Shown here one piece after another: positions 1-12,001 of a stretch of 64,000 nt of DNA (positions are counted from its first letter, which is position 1; each line of letters begins with the position of its first letter). The notes below the pieces were generated by a model that saw only the letters and a list, made by a program, of their open reading frames with translations, was not told the origin of the DNA and ran no database searches. This DNA comes from Octopus vulgaris. Taxonomy: Eukaryota. Made by a program: the position numbers and the translations under genes. The stretch is from NCBI GenBank assembly GCA_951406725.2, contig OX597818.1:806001-870000 (forward strand). The letters are read 5' to 3'.

Positions 1-1928
1 AAACGTCTCTCTTGCACACCACAACTGATGCTTCTTAGGTCTAGCTTTTCTCTCAAGGTACTTACACTCTATCGAGTATGAACACTGACATTACACATCC
101 ATCGGAGCATACTGGCTTCATTTCTTGCAAGCTTACGCACATCTTCAGCAGTCACGGCCCATGTTTCACTGCCATGTAGCATGGCTGTTCATACACACAC
201 GTCATACAGTCTGCCTTTTACTCTGAGTGAGAGGCCTTTTGTCACCAGCAGAGGTAAGAGCTCTCTGAACTTTGCCCAAGCTATTCTTACTCTAACAGTT
301 ACACTTTCAGCACACCCGCCCCTGCTACTGACTTGGTCACCTAGGTAATGGAAGCTATCAACTATTTCTAGTTTTTCTCCCTGGAATGTGGCAGAAGATG
401 ATCTCAGAGCATTTTTAGTGTTTATTGCTCCTGAGCATCTGCCACATACAAAAACTATCTTCCTAGTTAGCCTTCATTTGACATTGCTGCACCTCTTATG
501 TGTCCATAGCTTACACTTGGTGCATCTTATAGAGTTTCTACCTACACCTTGTCTACAGATCGAGCTGGGTCATCTACCTGAAAGCATTTGTGATTTATCT
601 ATCTTCCTACAAATTAGGACTTTGGTTTTAGCTAGATTGACTCTAAGGCCCTTCAATTCTAATCCTTGCTTCCACACCTGAAACTTCTCCAGTTCTGATA
701 GTGACTCAGCAATTAGAGCAAGGTCATCAGCATAGAGGAGCTCCTAGGGGCATCCTGTCTTGAATTCCTCTGTTATTGCCTGGAGGACTATGATAAATAG
801 GAGGGGGCTGAGAACTGAGCCTTGGTGGACCCCTGCCTCTACCCTGAATTCTTCAGTGTACTCGTTGCCAACCCTCGCCTTACTAGCGGCGTCCCTGTAC
901 ATGGCTCGCACAGCTCTCACTAACCATTCATCTATCCCTAGTTTCCTCATTGACCACCAGATAAGGCATCGGGGGACCCTGTCGAAGGCTTTCTCCATGT
1001 CAACAAAAGCCAGGTACAGGGGCTTATCTTTGGCTAGGTATTTCTCCCGCAGCTGCCTTACCAGGAATATAGCATCAGTGGTACTTTTCCCTGGCACGAA
1101 CCCAAACTGCATCTCATCTAAACTAACTCTCTCTCTAATTAGTTGGGCTATGACCCTCTCTGTAACCTTCATTACCTGATCCAACTGCTTGATACCTCTG
1201 TAATTATTTGTATCTAGGGCGTCACCTTTACCTTTGTAGCAGTTGACTATTATGCTGCTACACCAGTCATTGGGTATGACTCCTTCATGTATCACCTGAT
1301 TAACTATACGGGTGACTAGGCTATAGCCGACACTACCAAATATTTTGAGCATCTCTGCAGTAATTCCTGATGGGCCCGGGGCTTTCCCTGTCTTCATGCT
1401 TCTAATTGCCTTAACTACCAAGGAACTGTCAACTCGGATAGCTGGTCCCTCTGTTGGGTCGACATTCGGCAGACTCTCTTTATCCCATTCATTTTCTTTA
1501 TTCAGCAACCTTTCATAGTGGCATCTCCAAACCTCTCTCTTTGCAGCCTCATTTAGCGCAAGTGAACCATCATCCATGCGAACACATTTCTCTCCTACCA
1601 CATCACAATTCTCTCTCACACACTGTCTTGCAACACGAAACACCTCAAATCTTTGGTCCTCACGGTGCAGAACATTGGCAAATTTTTTCTTATCTGCTTC
1701 CCCTCTGGCTAAAGAGACCTGTCTCCTAGCTTCTCTTTTGGCAGTCTGATACAATTCCCTGCTACCACCATTCTTCCAGTCCTTCCAAGCCTATCTCTTT
1801 TCTCTAATAGCCCTGTCTACAACATTGTTCTACCAGCATGTTATTTTGGGTTGAGAGGGGACTTTGCACCAGCCACAGATCTGGTCAGCGGCTCTCAGCA
1901 GGGTTCCCTTAGAAACGTCCAGTTGTCT
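1..1928 (-). mobile_element. RTE-clade LINE, 5'-truncated ORF2 (RT), continues past the window start
   Basis: ORF 744..1754 has RT motifs (KAPGPSG, YRGI, QFGF, FVDMEKAFD, GVHQGSVLSPLLF). A TAG replaces W just before ELLYADD. Downstream sequence encodes a degenerate PHD-like finger and the RTE C-terminus. The 5' end abuts (TA)n. Confidence 0.95.
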
Positions 1929-1961
1929 ATATATATATATATAAATATAAATATAAATATG

Positions 1962-2030
<69 letters not shown>
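1929..2030. repeat. (TA)n microsatellite (one of many TA, CA, GA, TATG, CAT and AAT tracts in the window)
   Basis: Directly visible. Confidence 0.99.
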
Positions 2031-2033
<3 letters not shown>

Positions 2034-2070
2034 ATATTTATCTCTTATTTAATATAATATATATATATAT

Positions 2071-3305
2071 AAATAAAAACTTACTTGGAGAAGAGAAATA
2101 GAGAAATAACACGTGCATTCGGTCATATAATAACAATATATTAAATAAATAAAATATATGCATATATACATACATATATGTACATACTTATGTCTACATG
2201 TATATATACATGCATATATATATATATATATATATGAGTACAGGACACCACAAATAAACGTAGAACACAATGAGAAACGAAAACATAAAATCAAACAAGG
2301 AAATGGACTTTTTTTAACAACGAAAAAACAGAGTACAGGACTGTACTCTGTTTAAAAAAAGTCCGTTTCCTTGTTTTTTCGTTGTTAAAAAATGTCCGTT
2401 TCCTTGTTTGATTTTATGTTTTCGTTTCTCGTTGTGTTCTATGTTTATTTGTGGTGTCCTGTACTCATATATATATATATATACACGCATGACCAAACGC
2501 ACACGTTATTTCTCTATTTCTCTTCTCCAAGTAAGTTTTTATTTGAATAATCATGACGCACACTCTTACTCTTTACTTGACCTTTCCTCCCTGCCTGTCT
2601 GTCTTCCTCTCTACTTGTCTCTCTCCTTATTTTTCACCCTTTCTGGTTTCTTTTCCCCCCTCTCTCTCTCTCCTCCTCCTCTCCTCTCTCTGGCCGTTGA
2701 CCAGATGGCTACTAAAACTTTCTTTCAGCTTCGTGCTTCAACAAGCATACATCGACTTCCCTGTCTTTTGCGAGCCGGTTTTTCACATGCGTTCTAACTA
2801 ACTTTTCCACTGTCTAGGCCTAAAAAAAGCCCTTATTGTTGGTTCCCTGTCCTGTTATTCTTTATTTGTACTGTTTTTTCTACTGTTTTTTCTTCATTTG
2901 TATTGCTTTTACGTCTTGTTCTTATCACTTGTTTTACCCCTCTGCAAAAGAATTTTACTTAATTACTTTTGCAGGAAGGACTGCTTCGGCCTGGCCTTGT
3001 TCTGCCCTTACTTTCGAAACACACATTGAGTTGAACCAGGGACAGCCGATGAAGGGGAATTTTCCTTGCATTGTTTGTCCTGTACTCTGTTTTTTTGTTG
3101 TTAAAAAAAGTCCGTTTCCTTGTTTTTTCGTTTTAAAAAAAAAGTCATTTCCTTGTTTGATTTTATGTTTTCGTTTCTCGTTGTGTTCTACGTTTATTTG
3201 TGGTGTCCTGTACTCATATATATATATATATATATATATATGCATGTATATATACATGTAAATGTAAGTATGTACATATATGTATGTATGTATGCATATA
3301 TTTTA
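2071..3305 (+). mobile_element. Non-coding Penelope-like terminal repeat (pLTR-like) unit with direct and inverted partial copies
   Basis: 2232-2340 is the reverse complement of 2341-2470 and of 3076-3220. 2071-2125 is the reverse complement of 2489-2544. Contains a GTAAGT...TTTTGCAG intron-like segment and hammerhead half-cores. No protein evidence. Confidence 0.55.
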
Positions 3306-3307
3306 TG

Positions 3308-3342
<35 letters not shown>

Positions 3343-3349
3343 ATATATA

Positions 3350-3380
<31 letters not shown>

Positions 3381-3418
3381 TGTTGTATTTCGGAATGGTC
3401 ATTTTGCCAGTTTAGCCA

Positions 3419-3449
<31 letters not shown>

Positions 3450-3456
<7 letters not shown>

Positions 3457-3815
3457 CAGAATGAGATAAAAATCCAAGGCTGTGAAAGATTTCAGAACAT
3501 TTATAAAGAGGTCTTACAACTGTTTCCGGGATATTATATATATCCCTTCGTCGGAGACGGTGTGAGAAAATGGTTAAGCAATAGTTATTCTAGAGAGGAT
3601 ATGAAATAGGGAGTAAAGTGGAGGAATGAAAACAGATGGGAGATATGCAGGGATATTTTATCTGAAGATCCATTATTTAGCAGAATGGTATACATATAAG
3701 TTTCCTGTACCTTGTGTGTAAGTTCCAATAGTATTTAAAATTGGTCATTCCAGTAGAGTTTATAAATGGTGTTATTGAATCGAGGTTTTTTTTTAAGTAA
3801 CTTAAAAATTGGGAA
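3450..3815 (-). mobile_element. Probable Penelope-like element end carrying a hammerhead motif
   Basis: Bounded by (TA)n. On the minus strand a pyrimidine tract ending CTCTCTAG lies ~30 nt before the hammerhead fold. Confidence 0.5.
3511..3558 (-). ncRNA. Minimal type-I hammerhead ribozyme-like motif (core CCGACGA)
   Basis: Minus strand reads GUCU-CCGACGA-A-GGGAUAU-auaua-AUAUCCC-G-GAAAC-aguu-GUA-AGAC. Stem I GUCU/AGAC, 7-bp stem II, GAAA, minimal stem III, GUA cleavage triplet. Confidence 0.75.
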
Positions 3816-3832
3816 TGTATATATATATATAT

Positions 3833-4942
3833 ACCTCCAAGGAAACACAAATAACAAGCGGTGTTCCACAGGGCACTGTCTTGGGGCCACTGCTGTTCAT
3901 AGTGGCCCTTTCAGACATGCCTTCAGTTGCTACGATGGCCACCCTTGCTAGCTATGCAGATGACACAAAAGTCTCCCACACAATACAAAACCCTGAAAAT
4001 ATTGCGCATCTGCAACAGGAGTTGGATACAATATACAGGTGGGCTGAGGACAACAACATGCAGTTTAATGCAGGTAAGTTCCAGGCCCTGCGCTACCGTC
4101 ACACAAAGGTAAACAACGTGCAGACTGGATACACTGGCCCAGGAAGAATTGCAATCCCTGAGTCAAAATCAGTGCGTGACCTGGGCATTGACATGAGCAA
4201 TGATGGATCTTTTCAAGTGCATATTACTAATCTGGTGATAAAATGCAGACGGCTAGCTGGATGGATTCTCCGAACTTTCAGAACAAGAGAGAAGGAGACA
4301 CTGATGGTCCTCTGGAAAACATTCATCCTCAGCCACTTGGACTACTGCTCCCAACTATGGTCACCACACAATATAAAACTAACAGCAGAACTCGAAGCAA
4401 TTCAAAGAAGCTACACAAAGAAGATCGTCTCAATGCAAAATATCAGCTACTGGGAAAGACTGAAAGTATTAAAACTCTTCTCCCTAGAGCGAAGGCGGGA
4501 GAGATATGCGGTGATATACATCTGGAAAATCCTGGAAGGTCTTGTCCCAAACCTTGGCATTCAAAGTTACCCCAACCGCAGAACGGGGCACCACTGCATG
4601 GTGCCAAAGATTCCAACATCACCATCAAAATACAGGTCCAGATACTGCAACAGCTTGGGTTTCAGAGGACCACAGCTCTTTAACATCCTCCCTAAATGCC
4701 TGAGAGACTTACATGGTGTGGATGTGGGTTTCTTTAAAACTAAACTGGATCTCTTCTTGTCGGGGGTCCCAGATGAACCTACCTCACGACAGGAGACACA
4801 GATGCGGGCAGCGGCATCAAACTCCCTTGTTGACCAAGTGTTATGTATCAGAGGTGGATTCACATATTATTGTAGTTCATTCAGCGGTGGTGCCCCAGCA
4901 TGACCGCGGCCTTCGGGCTAAAACATTTTAAAGGATTTAAGG
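3833..4942 (+). mobile_element. CR1-type LINE, 5'-truncated, RT C-terminal half with open frame (ORF 3809..4903)
   Basis: GVPQGTVLGPLLF, YADDTK, FNAGKFQ, VRDLGI, LDYCSQLWSPH, YWERLKVLKLFSLERRRER. The ORF start is an artefact of reading through (TA)n. Confidence 0.92.
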
Positions 4943-5104
4943 ATATATTTATACATACATATATATAGGTGTATGTGAGTGTGTTCTAATGCAGCATCCG
5001 TTTTTAAGTGGTGAATACACACACACACATAGGTGTATATGAGTGTGTGTGTATGTGTGTGTGTTTGATGTGTGTGTGAGTGTGTGTGTGTGTGTGTGCG
5101 CGTG

Positions 5105-5385
5105 CGTGCGTGTGTGTGTGTGCGTACTCCTTGTCTTGACAGCATGTGATAATTGTAAACAAATGTCTCCATCATATAAACGATGACATTTTTTACAATT
5201 TTCCATGAAAATATGTCTGACTATGAGAAAATATTACCTTACTTGGGAAGGGATGAGGGTTGATGACGAAAAGAGCAGTTAACTATAAAAAATCTGCCAC
5301 CATGAATTCTGTCTGACCCACACAAATATGAAAAAGCAGATGTTGAAATGACCATGGTAGGAATAGTGGGGGATGATGATGATGA
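5105..5385 (+). mobile_element. Decayed 3' half of the SINE family seen at 14985-15375
   Basis: Similar to 15140-15375 (gaaaatattaccttacttgg...aattctgtctgaccc...gatgatgatg). Confidence 0.6.
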
Positions 5386-6463
5386 ACCACATTGATGCTC
5401 CTTGTGTAGGAGTGTGACTTGTAGGGATCAGGGGCCTGAGCCACAACAGCAACTACATCAATGTCCTTAATGTGGGAGGAGGCCATGTTGAAAATACTTC
5501 CTACTTTATATAACTGAAGAAACAACTCAATAGTTCTGTTAGAAAGTGTCCAGTTAGTTATCTTGACAGAAAGTCTAATGTTCTTCTTAAAAAATATATT
5601 AAGTATATTCAAAAACTCAGAAAATAACCCATTGAATTGTCATAAACACATATATATACACACTTACGTATAACATGCAAACACAAGACACACACTTATA
5701 CACAACACACACACATATCCCACTTACAAAAAACACACCCTTCACATAGAAATATATGCACACATATATATTACACAAAGATACATTTGCATGTACACAC
5801 CATATCCACAAATATACGCACAACACACACTTATACACATACACTCCACACAAAGATGAATGACACAACTACACTCACACACCATACATGTATATACATA
5901 TATGCTCTCTCACACACACACATGCACTAGTCTAATACAAAATAACAGCAGCAGGTAGTAAGTAACTCTAGAGAGAACTGAACAGCAGAAGGTCTTCAGA
6001 GAAGAACCCCCTACCCCATCTCATGCAAATGTTTCTACTCTTATCTCTTGTGAGAGGACATACACATAAACACATATGCAAACACATCTAGTGATGGTAG
6101 TGGTGGTGGTGGTGGTGGTGGATATGATGGTGATGTGATTTGACAGAATTCAGTTCCTATTTCTAGCAGTTTAAGTGACCATATAAACGTTCACTTGTTG
6201 ACATCAGAAGTTTAGAATATGTAAAACTTCAACCAACAATTAAAGCAGCAACTTCTAAGGACAAGTCACAAAGACTATATTTGTGTTGCTAATCAATAGA
6301 GTCTTAGTTTTGTACCAAAATACCTAAATACTAACCTTGAAAATTTCTCCACCACAATAAACATTTTTGTTTTACATTATGTTTTACAATTATTTTTTTA
6401 TTTTACATCTTTACAAACCTTGATATTTTAGCAGTCATTGTAAAAATTGCATTTTTCTTTTAA

Positions 6464-7459
6464 AGGATCGCATGTTTGAATGTTCGTGGCCTGGGCTCGA
6501 AGAGGAAGCAGGTTTGCCTCCTCGACAACATCAGGTCACACAGAATAGATGTGATGGTTGCTACAGAGACCAGGTTGGGCAAGCTGCAGGCCTTCTCAAC
6601 CCTCCTGAACGACTACGAGAAAATAATTTCTTCTAGCCATGAGGGAGGGAGTAGAGGGGTGGCAGTCTTGATCCGGAAAAGCCTGGCTCTGCAGACACGT
6701 ACAATCTTCGTGGACTCGGAAGGCAAGTTGGTCGGTCTGGATCTAACGTACAGTGGTAAGGCCTTCAGGTTGGTTGGCATCTACGCGCCTGGGAATGCAG
6801 GCAAACGGGTTGACTTCTTTCGTCGCCTGGAGAACTTTCTGGTGACATCGAGGACAGTAGTTGTGTTAGGCGACTTTAACGCCATACTGGATGCTTGGAT
6901 AGCGTTGGCTCAAAAGATAGAAAGGGTAACTCATGCCTCATCGATCTGATGAAGTGATTCAGGCTGGCAGATCGATATAGACTTGATAATCCGAGCGTTC
7001 CAATGTGGACTTGGGCAAGAAACGACGGATCGATCAGGTCTTATATAGACAGGATAGTGGTAAGTATTAGAGATAAGTCTAGTTTTACTTGTCCACAATT
7101 TACCTATGTACCCTACACGGATCACAAATTAGTGACATGTAGGGTGCATATAGATAAAGGTACATAGACAGGGATCTGGCTATTGGAAGCTAAACAAGAC
7201 ACTATTGGATTGTGAGGCATACCGTAGCCAGATTAAGGTATTAGTTAAGAGGGCACTAACCGGCGCGGTGATTAAAAACCGGTGGTGGAGTGCCCTCAAA
7301 AGAGCCTTTCGGATTGAGTCAATTAGATTTAGCAAGCAGTTAAGTCTAGAGCAGACTAGAGTAGAAAGGGATCTAGTGATGACATTAGAAGAGGCACTGA
7401 GATCGGGCCCTGTATCACAAGTGTTGGTGGCGAAAGCGGCTTTGGACCGACATCAGTAA
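6464..7459 (+). mobile_element. Tx1/L1-clade LINE ORF2 fragment (APE endonuclease), frameshifted, no RT part
   Basis: LNVRGL, ATETRL, SRGVAVL, IYAP, LGDFNAILD, then SYIDRI, TDHKLV and GYWKLNKTLL in shifted frames. Confidence 0.88.
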
Positions 7460-7693
7460 GTTACAAATACTCATTTTCTTGCACTCGAATTCTCCATTAG
7501 GTTATTACACATCTCTTTTCCAACAAGAGACTTTTACTGATTTATTTCATTATTGTATCTTTTAAATAATACATTTATTGTCATCGTTTAAAATCACATT
7601 TGTTTCTTCTTGTTGTTCTTGCCCCCATACACTTACCTATTTCTGCCTTTATCATCATCATCATCATTATCACCCACATTATACAAGTTATTA

Positions 7694-8837
7694 GGGATCT
7701 AGTTTTTTTCATTTTTAAAATATGCATTTTTTAAAAGGAAGTAAAAAATCTGAAAATGGGCTATAATAATGTAGCTTTCCAGTCTCATTGCTTTGAAGGT
7801 ATGATGTGGAGAAGAAAATTGGGAAAAAATGTTACAGAGGTTTAAAAATCGAAAAAACTCTGTATTTATAGCCAATAGTGAGACAGAAATTTTCTGCATT
7901 TAGTGGATTGGTGTCAACTTTAAGGTTGTACCCTGTGAAATTTGTAGTTTAATGTCTGACCTGTTCAGTGTAGGCTTCTAAATAAACAGAAATACCTAAC
8001 GAAGTCAGCATGTATCATCTTACTGTTTCTTTTGTCTCTTTATTGTGTGTGTATGCGAAAAGGGGGCGTCTGTTTCCAAAACTCCAAAGGTGAGTAACAT
8101 TTTCATGCTTGGATTGGTAAACTATGATAAGAATAACACTGATCAACAAAGAATTTGTCCCAAGGTGAAGAATACCTGTATCTTAAACGTTTTTGCATGC
8201 ATAATTCAAAAATAATGTCAAATTATCTGTATCACCCACAGTTTCTCTGTTCCACACGATATCCCTCTCAGTTCCTGTTATGGGAGCTAAATTTCAGTTA
8301 AACTGTTGAAATGTGAAGCTAATAGTTTAAGAAATACTCCTAATTTAAATTTTTATGAATAGAATTAACCTAGTGAAATCATAAATCCAGCTGAGTCAAT
8401 GAATCCCCAAAATATATGAAATGAAAAATATGTAAAAATACTAACACTCAGAAAAAGTACAGAAAAATACTAACACACAAAAACACAGAAAAATATGTAA
8501 TATGCTAACACACAGAAAAAATGAAAACAAAATACATGGGTGAAATGAATCTCATGGTTTGAAGAATCAAGTGTGAAACATAGACAACAGTGAACCATAA
8601 CACGGCATGCAGTTGTCATGGTAACAAGCTGCAAACGCCATGCTGTCTGTTGATTGGCTAAAATTACCCAAATTTCCCATCTTTAATTCCAAATAACATC
8701 AGATTCGTTAATTTACTAGATAAAGTAACTGATTGATCGTAATCAAAATTCAGAATTGCATTGATACACCAAAATTGAAAAGCAATCTGAGCAAAATTAA
8801 ACAGGGCTCATTTTGTGAATGAGAAAGACTAGATCCA
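7694..8837. mobile_element. Non-autonomous TIR element, PIF/Harbinger-like
   Basis: Imperfect ~30-bp TIRs (gggatctagttttttcat... / ...atgagaaagactagatcca). TTA flanks both sides (7691-7693, 8838-8840). Inverted subterminal agccaat/attggct motifs. Confidence 0.6.
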
Positions 8838-8985
8838 TTATTAACCATAACCAACTGTTATTATTACAATTGTAATATGAGACAAGGCTTTCAAATACAA
8901 TAAAAGGTCTGCCATTAAAAAAAGAATTATTCTAATGTAAAATTTAAAATTTAGATCTTAATTTTATTTGTAGGAAAAAATTTCA

Positions 8986-10430
8986 ATGACCATGAATGCA
9001 AAACAAAGAAAGGTAGATGCTGAATGCCAAATCTTCCAAGAAAATTGGACATTAGGTTACTTCTTCATTGCGCACTGTGGGAATCTGATTTGTCTCATAT
9101 GTTTAGAAAGTATTGCTGTGAATAAGGTAGCAAATATTAGGTGACATTACGAGATGTACCATTGTGAAAATTTTAGGACATTTTACTGGACAAGCAAGGA
9201 AAGATGAAGCTGAGCAGCTTTGGAAAACAAATGTCATTCTTTAAAAAACAGAAAAGGCAAAAATGTGGCAAATACAATTGCCAGCTATGAAATCTTAAAA
9301 TGCATCCCTGAAAAGATGAAACCTTTTACAGATGGTGATTTGTTTTTAAAGACTGCTTATTGGCAGTGTTGGATATTGTTTGTCCAGAAAAAAATTTTTT
9401 ATTTGAAACTATCAACCTATCTCTGAGGATAGTCACACAGCAGGTTGAAGAATTGTTAGCAGATGTTAAAAATCAATTAATCAACACCTGCAGTGAATTA
9501 CAGTATTTTTCAATTGCAGTCGATAAGAGTACAGACTTAAGTGACACTGCACAACTTGCTGTCTTCGTGCGAGGAGTGACTTCAACTTTTCAGATATTTG
9601 AAGAATGTATTCAGCTGAGCAGACATCTTTGAAGCTTTGTTGGAAATGATATCAGAAATGAAGTTTGATTTTTTTAAAGCATCACAACTGATTGGTGCCC
9701 CAGCAATGGTAGGGAAAAAAAAAGGCTTTGTTGCACTATCGCAAAAACATACAGAAAGCCTTGGAATCACATAAACTTCTTAAAATTAATTGCATTATCC
9801 ATCAAGATACATTGTGTGCCAAGCCATTGAAATTTAAGATATTGTTGTGAAGGTCATGAATCTGATCCTATCTTGTGGATTAAATCATCATCAATTTAAA
9901 CAGTTTTTGCTAGATACTGAGGTAGAATATGGTGACCTTACTTATTTCTGTGATGTACATATGTTGGTTTAGCTGAGGATCAACGCTAAAAAGAGTACGT
10001 GCTTTACACAAAGAGGTGGTGATATTTCTCAAAAGAAAACATGTGGATAGTTCACATTGGCTTGCAACTTTGGCATTTATTGTGGATATTGTGACTCATT
10101 TAAATAACTTAAATTTACAAATTCAAGGTAAAACTTAGCTCATAGATGAAATGTATAACCATATTGTTGCCTTTGAAAAAGCTATGGTTGTGGGAAAATC
10201 AACTTTGAAATAAAAATTATGCACATTTTCCATAATGTAAGAAAGGAAACCACAGGATTCAGAAGTATTTGTGAATATAATTCAGGATTTGAGAAATGAA
10301 TTTGCATCATGCTTTGCTGACTTTCGTCTGCATGCAAATCAGTTTAAATTGTTTGCTACACCATTTGATGTGGGGGTGGATACAGTATCAGAATGGAATT
10401 AATTGATATGCAGTGTGATGACTTATCTTA
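8986..10430 (+). pseudogene. hAT (Buster/Charlie/SPIN, GTF2IRD2-like) transposase remnant
   Basis: KQRKVDAECQIFQENW..YFF, CLIC..HY, YFSIAVDKSTDLSDTAQLAVFVRGV, CIIHQ, YGDLTYFCDV. Many stops and frameshifts. TIRs not located. Confidence 0.9.
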
Positions 10431-10924
10431 ATAATACTAAAACTCTAGAGATGCTTGTGTATACCTGAAATATCTCAGAAATAGTATATCTTATCTTAAT
10501 TGTTTTTGCATATTTATTTTTACACTAACTGTGCAGAACAAATTTTTGTGATATTTGGACATCTATTTATGAAGGAAATGATTAACTACAATTTTTGTTT
10601 ATCATTTCTTAAAAAAAAACATGGCTTTTGTGACGTCAACACACATACAGAATACACACATATAATGAATGTCATGGCATGTCAATCAACACAAACACAT
10701 ATTTGCAATCCATGACATATACACACACATAATCTTTGTATTCTCTAAGAAGGAAAAAAAACGTCAATTTTTTTTTTATGTACACAATAGTTTTATCATT
10801 TAGAAATATTTTTAACTGAATGTGATTTTAAAAATGTAAGTTGTTTGTACAGTAAGCATTTATATTTTAGCTTTCTATAAACAGACAATATATTTCATGT
10901 TTTTACTTAGTTATTTTCAAGTGA

Positions 10925-11311
10925 AAGGCAATCTTTTGCTTGTCATTCAGAGTTCATTAATTTCTGTAAAATTTTTTTATTTACTTTTGTTTTAAAGTGA
11001 TCGCCAAGAGAAAATGAAAAATGTATGTATGTGTATATGAAATGGATGTGTGTGAATGGGATAGAGAGAGAGAGGAAGAGAGAGATAAAAAGAGAAAGAG
11101 TGAGAGAAAAAGAGAGAGTGAGTGAAGGGGTGTGTTGCCATGTATACACCAATACATCAACACATATGAATACATCTTTTTATATGTGCATGTGTATGTG
11201 TGTGTGAGAGAGAGAGAGTAAGTAAGTAAACAGGTGTGTTCTCGTGTATGTGTAAGTGGCGCTCTCTCTCTCTCTCACATGCACACACTCACACGCACAC
11301 ACAATCACAAA

Positions 11312-11345
<34 letters not shown>

Positions 11346-11520
11346 TACACACACACACACACATACATCCATTTCATATACATGCTCATACATTTTTCAC
11401 TCTCTCCTCTCTTTCACTTTAAGAAAAAAGTAAATAAATAAAAAAAATTTACGGAAATTAACAAACAAAAGTAGCTGATCCAGATGACAGTTCTGAGAAT
11501 CAAAGTTAAAGATTGCTCCA
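10925..11520. repeat. Degenerate inverted repeat around GA/CA microsatellites (old MITE-like)
   Basis: 10950-11055 is an imperfect reverse complement of 11360-11466. Confidence 0.6.
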
Positions 11521-11574
11521 AGGGAGTACCATTACAAAAATATTTTTGAGTGCATTCAACGTATCTCAGCTCCT

Positions 11575-11691
11575 AAGATTTGGGTGCTATTTCTAGCACG
11601 CCCTGCTACCATGTAACAGCTATTTGCGATAAAGGATCTGAAATACTTGTTACATGGTAGCGGGGCGTGCAAGAAATAGCAGCCAAATCTT
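11575..11691. repeat. Hairpin with 51-bp arms and a 15-nt loop
   Basis: 11575-11625 versus the reverse complement of 11641-11691 shows 5 differences. Confidence 0.9.
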
Positions 11692-11966
11692 TCCTTTTCT
11701 GGGGTAAGGAGCTGTTTACACGTGATTTTGATGTCACATTCATTGAAAGCATGTGAAATAACCTAGAAAAGAGAAAAAACCCTCATGAAACAAAAAACTC
11801 CATTGCTGGGAACCTCAGACTTTCCATGACCCAACAGGTCACAGGTAGTCTAGTTGAGATCTACATTTCATTTTAAAGATATTTCATTGATTGACCCCTA
11901 TGCAAAGCATATTTTTCCAAGTGGGAAGTATACCAATTTTGTGAATCATTCACACAGGGACATATA

Positions 11967-11998
<32 letters not shown>

Positions 11999-12001
<3 letters not shown>

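Noticed and set aside
3809-4903. 364-aa ORF as a functional gene or active element
   Set aside because: It is a 5'-truncated CR1 lacking the endonuclease and the N-terminal RT. The start lies upstream of a (TA)n tract.
8986-10430. Domesticated GTF2IRD2/EPM2AIP1-like host gene
   Set aside because: Multiple stops and frameshifts indicate a dead hAT copy.
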